This document shows, piece by piece, positions 1 to 14,634 of a stretch of 64,000 nucleotides of DNA (positions are counted from its first letter, which is position 1; the number at the start of each line of letters is the position of its first letter). The stretch is from Paragordius varius (taxonomy: Eukaryota; Animalia; Nematomorpha). Position numbers and translations under genes: made by a program. The DNA lies in the NCBI GenBank assembly GCA_964247055.1, contig OZ176050.1, positions 13,144,001-13,208,000 on the forward strand, written 5' to 3'. The notes beneath the pieces are model-generated. The model worked only from the letters and a program-made list of their open reading frames with translations, did not search any database and was not told the origin of the DNA.

Positions 1-300
1 AGATTGTTACAGGTGAATGCGCGGCATAAAATCCGTTGTTTAAAGATTATTTTTTGAAAAAAAGCCATTTTGATCACTTAATTATTTAATGGTAATATCT
101 TTTTACTTATATACACCAATAATAAACATAGTTTATGAAATTTGTTAATAATAGATTTGCTTGTTTTTTCTTAAAACACCGAAAGACTAATTACAAACCA
201 TTTACCTTTCCTAGGGTTTATATACAGTTTAAACGGTCAGCGCTCGCTTAATCCATAATAATCAACACAAAAGATGAAATCAAGTTTTATCATTTAAAGC

Positions 301-550
301 GCTGGGATGTTCAACATACGGCCCTCCAAAATATAAATGCAGTTTGCGAGAAATTTCATATAGAAAATTATACACGAAATTTAAATAAAATTCATTTTAT
401 TAAAAATAAAAGTATTTCCGAATTTTAGCAATAAACTAGGAAAGATTTTTTTTTAGTTTTATGTTTGAAATCTAAAATATTTATTAAGGCTTCCTGTTGG
501 ATTTTTGATGCGAAAATGCGGCCCACGAAGCCATTAGTGTGATACCCCTG
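301..550. mobile_element. hAT-like MITE, degenerate copy
   Basis: GGGATGTTCAACATACGGCCC..GCGGCCCACGAAGCCATTAGTGTGATACCCCTG; ends match the 54574-54887 family. Confidence 0.5.
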
Positions 551-1015
551 ATTTAGAGAGTTATTTTATCAATACAAAGTGGATACTGTAAAAATGTTTG
601 TTTTACAAAAATATTAACTTATTTTAATTTGGATGAAAATAAAAAGTTTACGGAGTCAATATAAAGAGTTAAAGGCTAATTTTTTTCATAAAATGGCGTT
701 AGCTATTTTCTATATAATCTATATAATTATAGTTAAAAAAAATTGACTCTGTTTGCTAACTATTTACAACCTAATCATATTGAATGAAAAACAAAACTCA
801 CATAATCATCTGTTTTATGTTAATGCTTTGAATAAACCATAAAAATTGAAATTACAATGTGGTTGTTTGGATTTATATTGATAGAAGGCAAAGCTTACCT
901 AGTCGATGTGCCTGTTTTAAAATTGAACCAAACGATTGAAATGGTAATAACGGTTTTATCGTTTTTAGTGTTTGTGATATGTGTTTCAGTTAGTGTACAA
1001 ATCTATTATTATTTA

Positions 1016-1162
1016 CAGTAAAAATGATATACAAACAAACGTAAAAATGTAAACAATTTTTTTCAAAAGACAACCATACTTCATACCTTAATATGGTTGT
1101 TTTTAGAAAAAATTATTGTTTTTATAATTTTACGTTTTGTCCGTATATTTCAAGTTTTACTG
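1016..1162. mobile_element. CAGTAAAAA-type MITE, short copy
   Basis: TA|CAGTAAAAATG..TTTTACTG|TA; homologous to 41475-41646. Confidence 0.78.
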
Positions 1163-1498
1163 TAATAGACAACAAAACATATCATTTGCACGATTCTATG
1201 TGCTACCTCTCTCTCTGAATCATTTAAAAATATACTGTTATGTCTCAAATTCATAATGTTGTAAAAAATCGTATTTCGAACGGTGGGGGGACTTTAAATG
1301 ATTCATGCACCAATAAGATAAATGACCATACTTTACGGTAAAAATTTCAGAGTTAGCAATACTTAATTTAGTTGGCCAAAAAAGCCTCTTTTGAAATTTA
1401 CAGTATTCTCTTGACTTTTTAACCCATAGACATTAAACATACGCAAAAATTATCATAAAAGCTAGTTAAACTGTTTTAGAAGTTAATTGGATTTTTGA

Positions 1499-1500
<2 letters not shown>

Positions 1501-1549
<49 letters not shown>
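1501..1549. repeat. (AT)n microsatellite
   Basis: About 24 perfect AT units. Shorter (AT)n tracts near 3923, 27083, 39540, 41066, 47795. Confidence 0.95.
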
Positions 1550-1552
<3 letters not shown>

Positions 1553-1737
1553 TATGAATAAGTATACATTGCTATAAAAGTTATTAATTATTGCCAAGTT
1601 GCTTCTACAACAAAGGGAAGTATTATTGGTTTACAGTTATTTTTTCCCTTTTTACTATTATTAGCCAATAATAATTCTCTTTGTTGCATATACTATTTGG
1701 TAATAATTAGTAACTTTCTATCATTATATATACTTAC

Positions 1738-2525
1738 TCATGCTGTAAAAGGGGTAATCCTGTTTCCTATATATTTATGGGTAAATAAAATTTATAAGCT
1801 TTTTGCAAAATTGTAAGCATTTTATCTATACAACATTTCCAATCCTTAGCCTATATTTTGATGCAACGTGTATGTTATCTATAATAATAATACACAAAAG
1901 GTTTTTTTACAAACACTAAAAATCAATTTAATTAAAAAAACGTAATTAAATGAAATACTGAGGCACAGAAGCGCTCAAATTTTAAATTTATTTTTTTGTG
2001 CTGTTTAAAATTAATGGGTGTTTTTATTTCATGATCATTTTACCGGAAAAAATATTTTCAGTTTGCCTTGTGCATTCTGTGTTCCAGTGATCTTGACATA
2101 TATAAAGGGGGGGAGATAGATGTTTTATAAGGACGGCACAGCGCGCCAGATAATAACCTAGCAAAACTAAAATTAATTAATAATGATAAATTGTACTTTT
2201 TTTCAAAAAACAAATAAGTCGTAGTATCTCTTTTTCCATTATCATCACACTACTGATTTTAACCTTAGATAAGGATAGATCATATACTCTGAAAAATTTT
2301 TGTTAAAATATGGCACATAGATGTATCATACTTTTTATACCCGTTTAAATGTAAAATAATGGGTATTTAGAATCTTTGATTGACTTAAAATTGGGAAAAT
2401 TTAAATTTTTACATATATAACCGTAATTGTTTTTTTTACATTTAGGGCCATGTAAATAACCTTTGCACCAGGTATTTTGGCAAAGAAACCGCGGCATAAA
2501 AGTTGAAGCAAAATTTAAAAACCAT
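1738..2525 (-). CDS. Putative orphan multi-exon gene (candidate exons 2525-2461, 2288-2197, 2157-2044, 1878-1832, 1766-1738; ends uncertain)
   Basis: Five segments chain in frame through GT-AG junctions (MVFKFCFNFYAAVSLPKYLVQRVYDLSLSKVKISSVMIMEKEILRLICFLKKSYYLARCAVLIKHLSPPLYICQDHWNTECTRQTENIFSDNIHVASKYRLRIGNVETGLPLLQH). No family recognised; could be a chance chain. Confidence 0.3.
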
Positions 2526-4116
2526 CTAAACCTCAAAAAGTAGGAGAAAGATATAAATATATGTTTTATACTCTTATATTTATAAAGAATTTAAATTAAG
2601 TTTCTATAGTTTTTATGACTATAAACAGAAAGAAAGATTATTTGTCTGTTTTCAACTTGGAGATTTTTTAGAAAAGACGGAAGTTACTAATTTACTCTAT
2701 TTATTACAAAAACTACTCAGTCGATTGACAGCATAAAAAATCCTTAGATAAAAAAATAAGCAAAAAACGATACCATTATTAAGTTCAGAACTTTTTAATT
2801 AAAATTTATTTAAATGTTTTTCCCAACATCCCGATAACCGTTTGACATTTTACCACAACAGGTGTTTTTTTTAATTGACTAGTATATGACCGTCAAAACA
2901 TTTTCAAATAGCACATATTAACTGAATATAGAAACCATTTACATACTAGGGTTTTTTGAAATATGTATTAAGGCAGTCGTTAACGAAGCCTAGAATATTA
3001 ATATTTAGGATATTAGTTTGATCTGCCTTTTAAAATTATCAAAAATTTGTTCAGCAATAATTATTAAAGCTATACATGAAAAACGAACATTTAATAGGAC
3101 AAATATATGTATGTAAACGAGTGGCATTTTAAAAAATAAATTGATTTAAGAAATGTCCTCCGATTGCCGATACTTAATATGTTTTATGCATCTTCTACGT
3201 ATTGATAAATCAATTTAAATCATCGCTTGAATTCGAATTATATATTAAAACAAGTCGTGTCTTTGCGGCAATTTTCCCCAGAAAAAAGCCTATTTAAAGT
3301 TCATCAAGTTTTTCAATTTGCCTCCGTAATTAGCTTCCTTAACTGTAACAATAGGGTTTTCAAACAAGTCTCGAAATATCATACAAATTTAACAACATCA
3401 ATTATATCTCTTTGTAAATTTTCATGGCCACCCACTTTTTAGATTTGCCTCGATCTTTAATAGCAACATGTGTAACATTGTTATTTAAAAAATACAATTG
3501 TCGCAATCATCAGTCAAAATAAAAATCGCCCTCCGGGAAATTAGAAAGAGAGAAATCTTTCAAGTTTTTATTACCCACTTGAATCTATATTTAAATCAAT
3601 TATCCTTTTTCGTAAATGTAGGTATCTTAATTTTATCGTTGTATTAGTATTAATGTATCCCTTAGCTAATTTACTTATTCCGTAAGTTTATCCCCCCCCA
3701 AAAAAAAACACAGAAATCAATAAATTACATCTATAAATCAGTTTTCCGAGAAGCAATTTTGAATTATTTAAATCTAATTACAATGGACCCCTTGTAAACA
3801 CGCCCCACCCCCTCTATCATAATGAGATTTACAAAATCTACTATAAATTAAGAAGCTCATGCTGATGATTATAAACAACCTCGATTTTAAAATCAGGACC
3901 TAGTTTTTAGTTAATCGTTTGGTTATATATATATATATATATATATACCTTCCCACATACATACTAGTTTGTAGGTATTTTGCATCATGAATTTTTTAAA
4001 AAAAACTTAATTTAATGGAAATACATTCAAAAAAATATAATTTTTATTAAAAAGTGTCATGAATCACATATCGAGCCATGTATTTTTTTACCAGAATCGG
4101 AGTCAATATGAATCCA

Positions 4117-4120
<4 letters not shown>

Positions 4121-4152
<32 letters not shown>
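4121..4152. repeat. (AT)n microsatellite
   Basis: Perfect AT run; explains the YIYIYI ORFs in the track. Confidence 0.95.
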
Positions 4153-4155
<3 letters not shown>

Positions 4156-5364
4156 TTTCCTTTTTGGCATCCATGTTCCAGTTTTGTAAAAAACCTCTTG
4201 CCAGCCTATAAAAAAAGTTTTCCCCAAAAACTATTTTTAAAGAATTTACAGAACCTAGCATTAATAAAATTATAAGAGAATATAAGTTTAAATAAAGAAA
4301 AACGGTATTGAGCACTTTTGTGTAGTGAGTAAAAAAAAATTTAATTGAATGAAAACGATATTAAGCGATGGATATAAAACTTAGTTTGGATTATAAATTT
4401 TATATTTATCAGTTTATTGTGGAAAAAGTAAGCCCGATTGTATGAGCCTTGGAATAATGATGAATGAGCCAGCGTCTTGGGTAAAATTTCTTAAAAAACT
4501 TTGGCTTAGAAAATATTTAGTCACCATTGTGTCTTAAGAGTTTAAAAAACCTTATATGAAGAAATATATGTATAAAAGTTTTAGTCGGCTTATCACATGG
4601 CTAAAAAGGACAAATTAACCAGCAGTTTATTCCGGCGAAAAGTCACTTAGATGCCTGAAAAGTCAGATTAAGTTTCTTTTATATGTTTATAATTAATCGT
4701 TCGTCACACCAGACGATTTTTTGATTTTTAACATAAATAGTACGCACACCTTTTACTTTTTTTATGTTTTTGCATTTAAATATAAAATATTGTTTAAAAT
4801 AAATAATGTCATTACTACTAAAACGAATCAATTTGAATCAACTTGGTGAAATAGCTTTTTATTGCAACAATCTAATTATGTTCCGATTTTAATATAAGTA
4901 ACAATTTTAGGAACTAAATATAAAATGATTTATTAGTTGTATTCAAATAAATGCAGCCAATTTGAGTTGTTTTGATTTTTGGTGAATATAATTGAACATT
5001 TTACATAAATTAGTATTTCACAATGATTTAAATGATCAGATAATATTTATACAGGATAATGCAAGGTATTATTATAAATATATTAAGTAAAAACATATTA
5101 TAAAGCACAAGTATAAATGAGATCCGTCTACGACAAAATTACAATAATAAACTAATGATTAAATGCAAATTTGGGCAAATAAAAATATGATGTAATTTTG
5201 GTTCCCTCAAAAATTTAACGAATTTTGATTATATTGCACACAGAATGGAGAGGAGTTGGGTTTGTATTTGACGATATTGATTCGTAAAGCATTAAATTTG
5301 AGAATTCTTAACTGATGGAATGGAAGCCACATATTATAAATTTCATTCGGAATTTATTTTGAGG

Positions 5365-8300
5365 TTATGTGTCTGTAAGTGCCTGATACATAACTTGTTC
5401 GCACCAATCCATTAGAATTAACCACCAATAAACGTATACGCTGTAAGAGTATGCACCCGCCATATTCCCACGGCGTATATTCTCATGTATCAAATGATTT
5501 TCTGATACCCACAACAATCGGGGTGTATTTCTTTGGTTAGGGTTTGATGATAAACTATGTTCTCTGGATATATTATGTAAAGTTCCAGTTGTCGAATTAC
5601 TATATTGGACATTAGATTCTTGTATAGTATTGAAATTATTCCTATTATTATAAATTGATGTTCTCGTCTGTTTTGTTCGATTGCGACATTTACCTCGTAA
5701 CATTCGGTCAAAATCGTCACCAAGCGATTTTAAACTGGCCCCTATACCATCACACACTGCTTGAGCCTCGGGGTTCAGTTTGAGAATATTGGGAAAGAGA
5801 ACTTTATCTCTATTATTGCTGTTATTATTGATGTTTAAACTGTGGGGGGAATGGGTATGGACGTTATTTTTTGGCTGAGCAAATATTCTTTGTTCCTTTT
5901 TTATCGCTTCTTTATTTGATGGAGCAGACGGAAAATATGGACACAAGGGGGGTGTTTTATACAAATCAAAATTTAGTTGACAATTTTGATGAAGTTTAAA
6001 TAATGGATCTCTGAATCTATGGAATTTGTTTTGACAATTATTCCCGCAGCTATTTGCCTTACCTATACTTTTATGATTGGGCAACCTTAAACTAGGTATT
6101 GCGTTTTGGTAAGAATTTCTTTTCAATATATATTCTGGACGACTGTGTGAGCATTTATTAGGGCCATATCCAATGTAATTTGTGTCATTGTTATAAATTA
6201 AACTGGAAGCTGATTTTGACTTGGGTGAAGGGATAAAAGCATTTGGAGGATCTCTATTTTGATTATTACAGCATGGGAAGAAAGGAAGTTTTTCATTTTT
6301 CTTTAACAGGGTTCTTCCGTGCTGAACGTTGTAAGGGTTAAGCAAACGTGCATTTCCAACATTATTTTTATTTTTGGCGTGGTTAATGCAACAATTTTTA
6401 CATTTTGTAATTGATTTCATTGTCCTAGTTTTTTTACCAGTCAAAACGGACGATGGATATGTTTGAAGGCAGCCTTTAATTAATTTACTTTTATTTTTAC
6501 ATTGTGTTTCCTGCGTAGGGTTGACCTGGTGACACACTAAAGTAGATATATCATTGGACAATGATTCATCAAAATTTGTTGCTCTTGTTTTCGTTTCAAG
6601 GCTACTACTATTAGGGACATTTTTGACATTTAGTATCGTGTTGTCTTTTCCTTTCTTATCTTTAGTGCCATAGACATTTTGGCTTACATGTCCTACGATG
6701 CGGGGCAATGATACCAATGAAGATGTGAGTGAAATCGTTTTATTTAGATTATAATTGTTTGTTTCCTTTTCATCGTAATTGATGTTTTCGTTTTCTACAC
6801 AAGTATGTTTCAATTGTTTCAACAATCCATTTCCCCCCATCATATTTTTGTGTTGTTTCCTACGAGCATATAGTCTTGATTCCGACACATTTGACAAATT
6901 TAGACACGAGGGCAAAGTATTTTGATATGAAAGATTAACATTGTTGTAGGATATATCACATGTGGTACTAACCGTATTAGTAAATGAGGAATTAGTAGGA
7001 TAAAGCGAATTATTAATATTACAATTTGATGATCCATGGATTAAAGGTAATTCAGACACCACTGGTTGAAGAGTTTCATTGTCAAGGGGCATTTTTCCAG
7101 TCATAAAAACTGGGGGTGGTGTTTTTAGGGTTAATTCACCTTGCTGTTGATTAATTACATTTACCTCATGTCCTAAGAATTTATTGATATTCTTATTTTC
7201 ATTATTAACATTGTTATTGGTATTGCTATCTTGACAATTCAAAAAGGAGGTCACATTACGAATTTGAGTGTCATTATTATCGTGATGTGATGGTTCCCAA
7301 GTATTTGGGCAGTTTTGTAAATCCCTTTGATAGGTGATGGGGTTATGTGTCACAGTATCTAATATAAAAATTAATTTAAGACAATGTATAATAGATAGAC
7401 ATAATCAATATATATTACATAATAACATTACTTGTAAATAAGTCTCACAAAATTCAAATTATGATTATTTGAGAAACATCATAATATTTCACAATCATGT
7501 GCATTTTTAAAAATATTAATAGGGTATGATATAAAAAAATTAATTAATATAAAAGAACAACAACAAACCATTAAGCGTTAACCCACCATGTAAACCTATG
7601 TTATAAAACTTTTTGTCATTATTTATATATTTTTAAAGGAAAGGGGAAAACGAAAGGATTACATAGGTAGGCGATAGCTGATTTGAGCGCGGTAGATTAA
7701 ATGTCGTTTTTTAATGCAAAATGCAAATGCAATGCAATACTCAGCAATAAAAAAGAGACATTTTTCTCGTTAAAACAATGTGCATAAATCTTTGTTTTGA
7801 AAACATATGAAGGTGTATGTATATCCATATATATCCATATGTATATATGTGAGTGTAATTAGAGAAGTTTGCGGAGATTAATTAATATTACTACTAGCAG
7901 TTTTTCGAATTTTTAATCTGTTAATATGTTTGTTTGCGGATAAAACGTTAATTTTTCTTTGACAGAAAAAATAGTTATGGAATATATATTACCATGACTA
8001 ATCGTTTTTTTTGCTATAAATTTTTGAAAGCAAAAAAAGACTTCAAATCCGCTAAACAACATTCTAATTATTTTAGCATTGAAACGGGATAAATAACCTT
8101 AAAGGGTATTAAAAATTTTAACAGTTAAATTTTTGGTAATGTGTGAATCATATCGTATGATTGAATCAAACTAATTACACCTTATTTTCACACAAGGTTT
8201 TTTACGCGAAAATTCCAATTATTATTTTTTTGGTAGAATCACTTAAACGATTTGAGGAGGCGATAATATAAATAAATGATTGAGATTTGAATCAAATCGG

Positions 8301-11300
8301 ATTACGTTATATTTTTGGCATATAACAAAAGGGCGAATAGGTATTAAAAAAATTAAACTAAAAATATAAAAATAAATCTCGGAGAATTTTAGTAAATAAA
8401 ATTTAAACAAAACGGTTAAAAGGTTATTACTATATGTAATATTTACACACTAATTATGTCAATTTTGCTAGAAGATTGAAGCATGAATTATATTTTTCCC
8501 CTAAATATAAAAATGTTTAGTAGGGAAAGCCTGTGAATATCATCGTATCACAAAATTATGCTTGCTATTGTGCCCTAATTATTACCACCTATGTTATTGA
8601 ATGGCCTACATCCTAAATATACATAATAGAATTCTCAATCCCTATTTTATAAAATTGATGTCAGAAATGATTTATATATCAAGGATGTAGTTGTTACTGA
8701 AAGATGGTATTTCATTTTGGTATTTTAGAAAAAAAAATAGTAAATTAATTAATAAAAATTGAGAAGTTACCCGTCATAACAAGCACATAAACACTCTATT
8801 AGAGTGTTTTACCCTACTGATGGTGTAAATTTTGAGCGAGATTCGTATATCAAATCGTTATGGAACATTTTTAAAAATTTAGGCGTTTAGATTTGTAATG
8901 GTTAGGGTAAGATCCAAAACACTAGGTTACAAGTTGGAGAACAGGAAATTTTTGAAACTTACCCTGAAGAGCACTTACTGAGATATTCAGAGTGTTTTTA
9001 GACGGAGAGGTATTGTAAATTATATTTTACAGCTCATGAACATCACAAATCAATGTCAGACGATTAAGAAAAATTTGAGATCTAAGTGCACCATCTAATA
9101 ATTTCCTAGGTAATTGGTATGATAAGTGAAGTGTATTATTGAAAAATTAAAGGTAGTCAATCATCAGAAAGATTTTAGGAAATAACTTACGTAATACTAG
9201 CTTTTTATAAATTGATAGAATATGTATTAGGGGTATATTACAACCAAGGAAGTTAAGATCAAAAATGAATTATTTTGGCGTGTTAACATAAGTATTCTTC
9301 ACTTCCTTACCTTTTGGGGTTATATATTCCAGAGTAATTTTAAATCTCACCATCTCAAAAAGTATTTAAGAAATTGGGTCAAATCTAAAAATATGCATTC
9401 TTTAGCCTAGGCGCATGATAAAAATAATAAATAAATATAAAATTTTTAAAAAATCTCACCTAAAACTTCTTCGTCGCCATTTTTTCTTAAAATCGCTAAT
9501 ACTAGGAACAAATAATTGTCCAATATGGTTTCAAATATAAGTAAAATTGACTTATAATAAATTTTAGCAGCTAATTATAAAATCATTTGCCTGTTTCAAT
9601 TAAGTTTTGAAGCTACCTTTATTTAAAAAACCGTAAAAAATATAATTATTATGAACAGTGGAATTTTGATAATTAATATAAAACATATTTCAAACTTTCA
9701 AGACAGCGGTCGGGGCAAAACTACCCAAAAGAGTTAAAAATCTCCTCCATAATCATTTTGTAGCTTCTAAACTTTGGTTACTAAACCGAGGAAAAGCAGC
9801 TGATATATTGAAACCAATATTAAATGTCTTGTTTTTTATTATAATGCATACATTAAGAAAATACCATTATAGTTTTAGGTTCTACTCAACCCTGAAAATG
9901 CTGTTTTTTACAATTTCTGAGAATATTTCTTTGTGAAAATGGCCGTAAAATACAAATTCTGAATTATAAGCCAAAGCTTGAGTTTTAAATAATTTTAAAT
10001 AATCTTGATGCAATATATAACAAAAAATATATATATTATCCGTTCTTTAGTAGCAATATATGGTTTATTTTCTCTGAATGTGGGGACTACTGTGTTTATT
10101 TACCTGAAAATATACTATACACATTAGGCATGATTCATAATTGGCTAGTGTATTTTTCCAATAACCAATTATGCTTTATTTTAAATCTAAAGGTAAATAA
10201 GTGGGTTATATAAGGAATGATATGACTAATTCCAAATTCTATTAAAAATAATTTTCGAATAATATTGACTTCATTTATTGTATTAATCCAATTATAGCCA
10301 AAATGACTCATAGCTTAATTATTTGCACTAGAAATACCTTTTGATTTATTTTAATATATTGCTACAGGTTGTGTTAATTTTTTTCGAATATTTGTTCATT
10401 ATACAGTAACAATCCCTCGTAATTTGGACTCTATGGGTTGTTTTTGAATGGCGAATTATATCAAAAAAATGGGAAAAATTCAAAATCTTATAGAGCTAAT
10501 GATTATGCCATCATAATTTTATTATTTATAAGAGTTATGAAAGTTTTGGAGTTTTTTCACAATAATGATTCTTTATATTTTAAAGCCGAACAACAGAATA
10601 TAATATAAATTGTTTTTTATTTTGCCTCCAACCGTATTTTAAGTACGATTGGGCTTATAAAGTAAAAAATTTCCTTTTTCAGGATCTCGTTTATGATTCC
10701 CTTTTAAATAGTTTTGAAAATATTTTTTGTAAAAAACTATAATATAAAACCGATTGAACATTTTTTATAGAATTATTATGAACATTTAAAAGGAATAACT
10801 GGTGAAAATTGTTGATGAAATAAAAATCAAATATATGATTCCATTAAACTATTATAATTTTATTTAAATCATATTTACGAGTATTTATCGTCGTAGTACA
10901 TTTTTGGTGTTTATATTTTATCAGTTATGTTTTGAAACACAATTTCCAAATTTTTTGAATATAAAATTTTTTTATGCCATCCCTTGATAGTTTATTTAAA
11001 ACGACGCTTTTCATAAAGAGGTTTGTTAACTGTTTTAAAGAAGTTTCAAATTAGTTATTTGATTAAATATTTTTGATGTTGATATAAACTCGTAAAATTA
11101 TGAATTTAAATGATGCTCTCAATATTTATTTGTGCAATCTTGCCTTCGAAATAAATCCTTTTGTAAAACAAACATTTAATATTTTAAAGAGATTATATAT
11201 ATATATTGAATGTTCCATTGATTCATTGACCTATTTTATTTCTTGTGCATTGATTACAATTATTTTAAGTCAATTTACAAAACCAACACACAATTAACCA

Positions 11301-14300
11301 AAATACCTTTCTATCTATTTAACGAAGAAAAAAAATCATTCAATATTGTGGATTGCAAAAAACGGCATCTTATAATTATGTAGCATTGGTGATTAAAAAC
11401 GATTTAGGATTACTATTTTATTATGAGGTGAATTTTTAACCCGCTTTCAGACAATGCTGAATGAAAAATACTCAATAAGAAATATTATTTACAATCATAA
11501 TAGAGATAGAGGTTAATTTTGTGTTAAACAATACAAATTATGGAAAAATATGAAGAGAATCCCCCTTTACCAGAATCTCACGTTTAGGCTTCTTTCATAA
11601 ACTGGGTTTTAAACATCATTCTTTTTAATATTGACATTTTTAGGTTATGTGTCGGGAACATAAATATATAATATGTATGTTATTCCAATTTGACATACAA
11701 AAATTATATATTTTCTTTTCCTTACCTTTCTCGTTTTTGGCTTTAGTTATATTAACCCATATATACTATACTAACTTGTAGGATTATCTTGATTTCATTT
11801 GTTTGAATAAATACATGTCTTAACATCAAACACTTTAATAATAATAAGGTCATCTTAAAATATAATAATTAAGTAGTATGGTTAAATTAGCAGTGGATTA
11901 AAATGGTGGAATGGGCGTTATATAAATAGTAGGTTAATTTAGTTGAACAATTTTTTGATGATTTTATATTTAATTTTTTACAATCGCTTGCGCGCCTTCT
12001 ATTGTTCTTTCCTCCCATTACAAGTACATTATAACCTTTATTTGTACTTGAGTTTATTTTTGCGTCTAAAGTCAAACATTAAGATGGTAGTTTTTATGGT
12101 TAGCGCTAAATAATGATAGAGAGCAAAATAAGGTAAACCAAGTTTAATCTCAAATGATCATCTCCCCCTTACGGAAATTAATTTGGTTTAGGTTAGGTAT
12201 AACAACTAAATTAAATTTGATGGATTACGTTAATTCGGTTACACAAAATTGGCCAATGTTAAAATAGATTGGGAAAAAAAGTATAATAATTATAAAAATT
12301 GAAAGAGAAATATTATTGCTTGTAAAGATGTTTTAATTGGTGAAAGTATGCGGGTGTGCGTATAAAATTTATTTCTATTCACCAATTAAAAGACCCTATA
12401 ATCAACAATTTTCCTGCTCATTGTATAGTGTTTTATAATTTCGACTGTTATGTATGTAAAATTTTTAAGTTTGAAAGATATTGAAAAGCAAGAAGGGTCA
12501 TTGTACCTAATAAGCAAGCAAGCAAGCAAACAAACAAACAATTTGCTCTAACTTTTTAGATTCAAAATTTGAATCATATTGTTTGATGCAAGGAAAATCA
12601 TAGCTAACATTTTAATAGGTTTGGATACATTTTAAAAATTTTATACCCCTATATTTTTCCTACAGGTTTATTGGCTTGTTATTTTGTAACAGATAGTGAT
12701 CTCCCGTAGAGTTTTAACCTTTGCACTCAAATTATTTTATATTTTGCTTAGAGGCTGTTTTCTATCTTATTTTTTATTAATTTAATTTTTGCAAAAAAAC
12801 ATATAACGATATTAGTGTCTGAAAACTCCTTCACAGATAAGAGTTCATGAATGATTCATTTTGATTGTCTAAAAAAAACTCGTTTTTTTAATCCAGGTAC
12901 AATGGTAAAATGCAATATATGTTTTCAAAGACCAGCGTAATATTAATGTACAAATTTAAGTCTCCTTAAAAGTAAAATATCCAAAGGGTTGACATAATTG
13001 AATATATGTTTTTATTTCGATTAATATCCCATCCCCCTAAACATATTCTAGGTGAAAAAACCTTTAGATTTGAACTTTAAGTTATAGGGTCATCAGACAT
13101 TGAAAAAACTTTTGCCATGGTATAAAGTCAAAACGTGTTTTCCATCTTTTTTCTCAAAGTACAAATATAATTATTATGACATTGAACTGCTAGTTTTTTC
13201 GCTCAAAGACGTTAAGTGTAGGTAGGATATAAAATTTTGCATAATATTATTCAATAATAATATTACTAACTGTATGTTTTAATAAAATTTATTAATTTGC
13301 CAGTAAAATTAAGAGTAAATATATAAATCATTATTAGTAACATAAATGTAAGGATGGGAAAGAAAAGATAATTTTTCGCGCACTACAAGCAAACAACACC
13401 TGTTTAAGAATGATTTATTTTATTTTATGAGTTATTAGAGATTAAGAATTACCTTTTAAAAGTGAAAGCACTTCATACCATTTAATATTCTTAATAATGA
13501 TATTTCGCGTCTAATTTTAAGGTTAATGGACATTTTCAAGTTTTTACCAATATTTTAGCAATAATTTAATTTAACATTAAATAAATGTTTGGGAAAATAA
13601 AAGCCATCTCTAACTATCTATATAATATTATGGTAGTGTACTAATTATTTTAAAATTTTTTAATTTTTATTCATATTTTGGCAACAATATTTACTTAAAT
13701 AAGAAGGCTTCTCCTGATCATTAACAATATTAATCAAACCTGTTGATTTGTAGACAGAGATTAAAAAAGTTAAGAGCGGGAAAAGCGTGTTTATTTAATT
13801 ATATTTTATTTTTAAGGGATATTTCCCATGACACCAATAAAATACATTATCTTTACGTAATAATTGAAATTAAAACACTTGAAAATAAGTAATAAATGTT
13901 GTTAAACTCTGCTAAAGTTAATTAATGTATAAAATGATATTAATATTATATGAAAAATTAATATATAAAAATTTATGCATACCATTTTCGTGGGCTTGTG
14001 ACCATGTTAATGAGCCAATCTCGTTTGATTCATTTGAATTTAAAGAAATTTGAGGGCTATAATATGCATTAATAATTGCGGTGTTTAATAAGTCGCGTTC
14101 ACTATTTGTGTCAGAGTCTCCATAGGAGGAAGTTGACAAACTTTCGCTATTTAATTCAATGGTGCGATAATTTTTTTTAGAAGTCCATAGGGTAGATGAT
14201 GTATTAGAGTCCGTATCAGATGAATTACAAATATCATTATCAAATGAAAAAAGATTTTTTCCAGATTTGTTGGGCTTAATACGATTTGAGTTCCCGTTTA

Positions 14301-14634
14301 AACTCTTGTTTTCCAAATCTAAATTTTCGGTTCCAATATTTTTTAAAGTGTCACACTTACAATATGGTTCAAATGAGATTTGATTTGTCGGGCTTTGGGC
14401 ATAAACCGTAGATCCATTTTGATGTGGACTAAAGGATGCGTAACACGTAGCACACATGAAAGGGCTAAAATATCCACTGTCTAAATTCCCTGATATTGCC
14501 AGCTGTTTTCTTCGGTTATTTTGAGTCCTTACACAGTTATTAATTTTGCAATTAATGTTTTTGGGCATTTCTTGTAGAATTACATTTTCTACGTTTTCTT
14601 CTAATTTAGCGGTTGTCGGATTATTAGAATTCAT
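5365..14634 (-). CDS. BH3-only-like protein A (881 aa), 2 exons: 14634-13983, 7358-5365
   Basis: Exon 1 ends AAT G|gtatgc and exon 2 starts tttatattag|AT ACT GTG (phase 1, frame consistent, 2646 nt total). Contains DSGYFS (14481-14464), CATC..CKC, BH3 core IGASLKSLGDDF (5745-5710) and C-terminal YVYWWLILMDWCEQV. Motif blocks are shared with paralogue B. Gene model is well supported; function is inferred from motifs. Confidence 0.8.

Noticed and set aside
1-30. Terminal exon ending GCG GCA TAA, echoed at ~2490
   Set aside because: Only an ~11-nt match with no further homology; cannot be evaluated at the window edge.
3230-3480. Protein kinase subdomain II (VAMKIYK)
   Set aside because: No Gly-rich loop, HRD or DFG found in a consistent frame; kept only as part of the low-confidence orphan finding.
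4078-4315. YIYIYI-containing ORFs (also 41019-41240)
   Set aside because: Generated by (AT)n microsatellites.
8440-9120. Coding-looking fragments within gene A intron (VNFARRLKHEL.., IRVFYPTDG.., ETYPEEHLLRY)
   Set aside because: Multiple stops and frameshifts and no usable splice chain; probably decayed transposon sequence that I could not classify.
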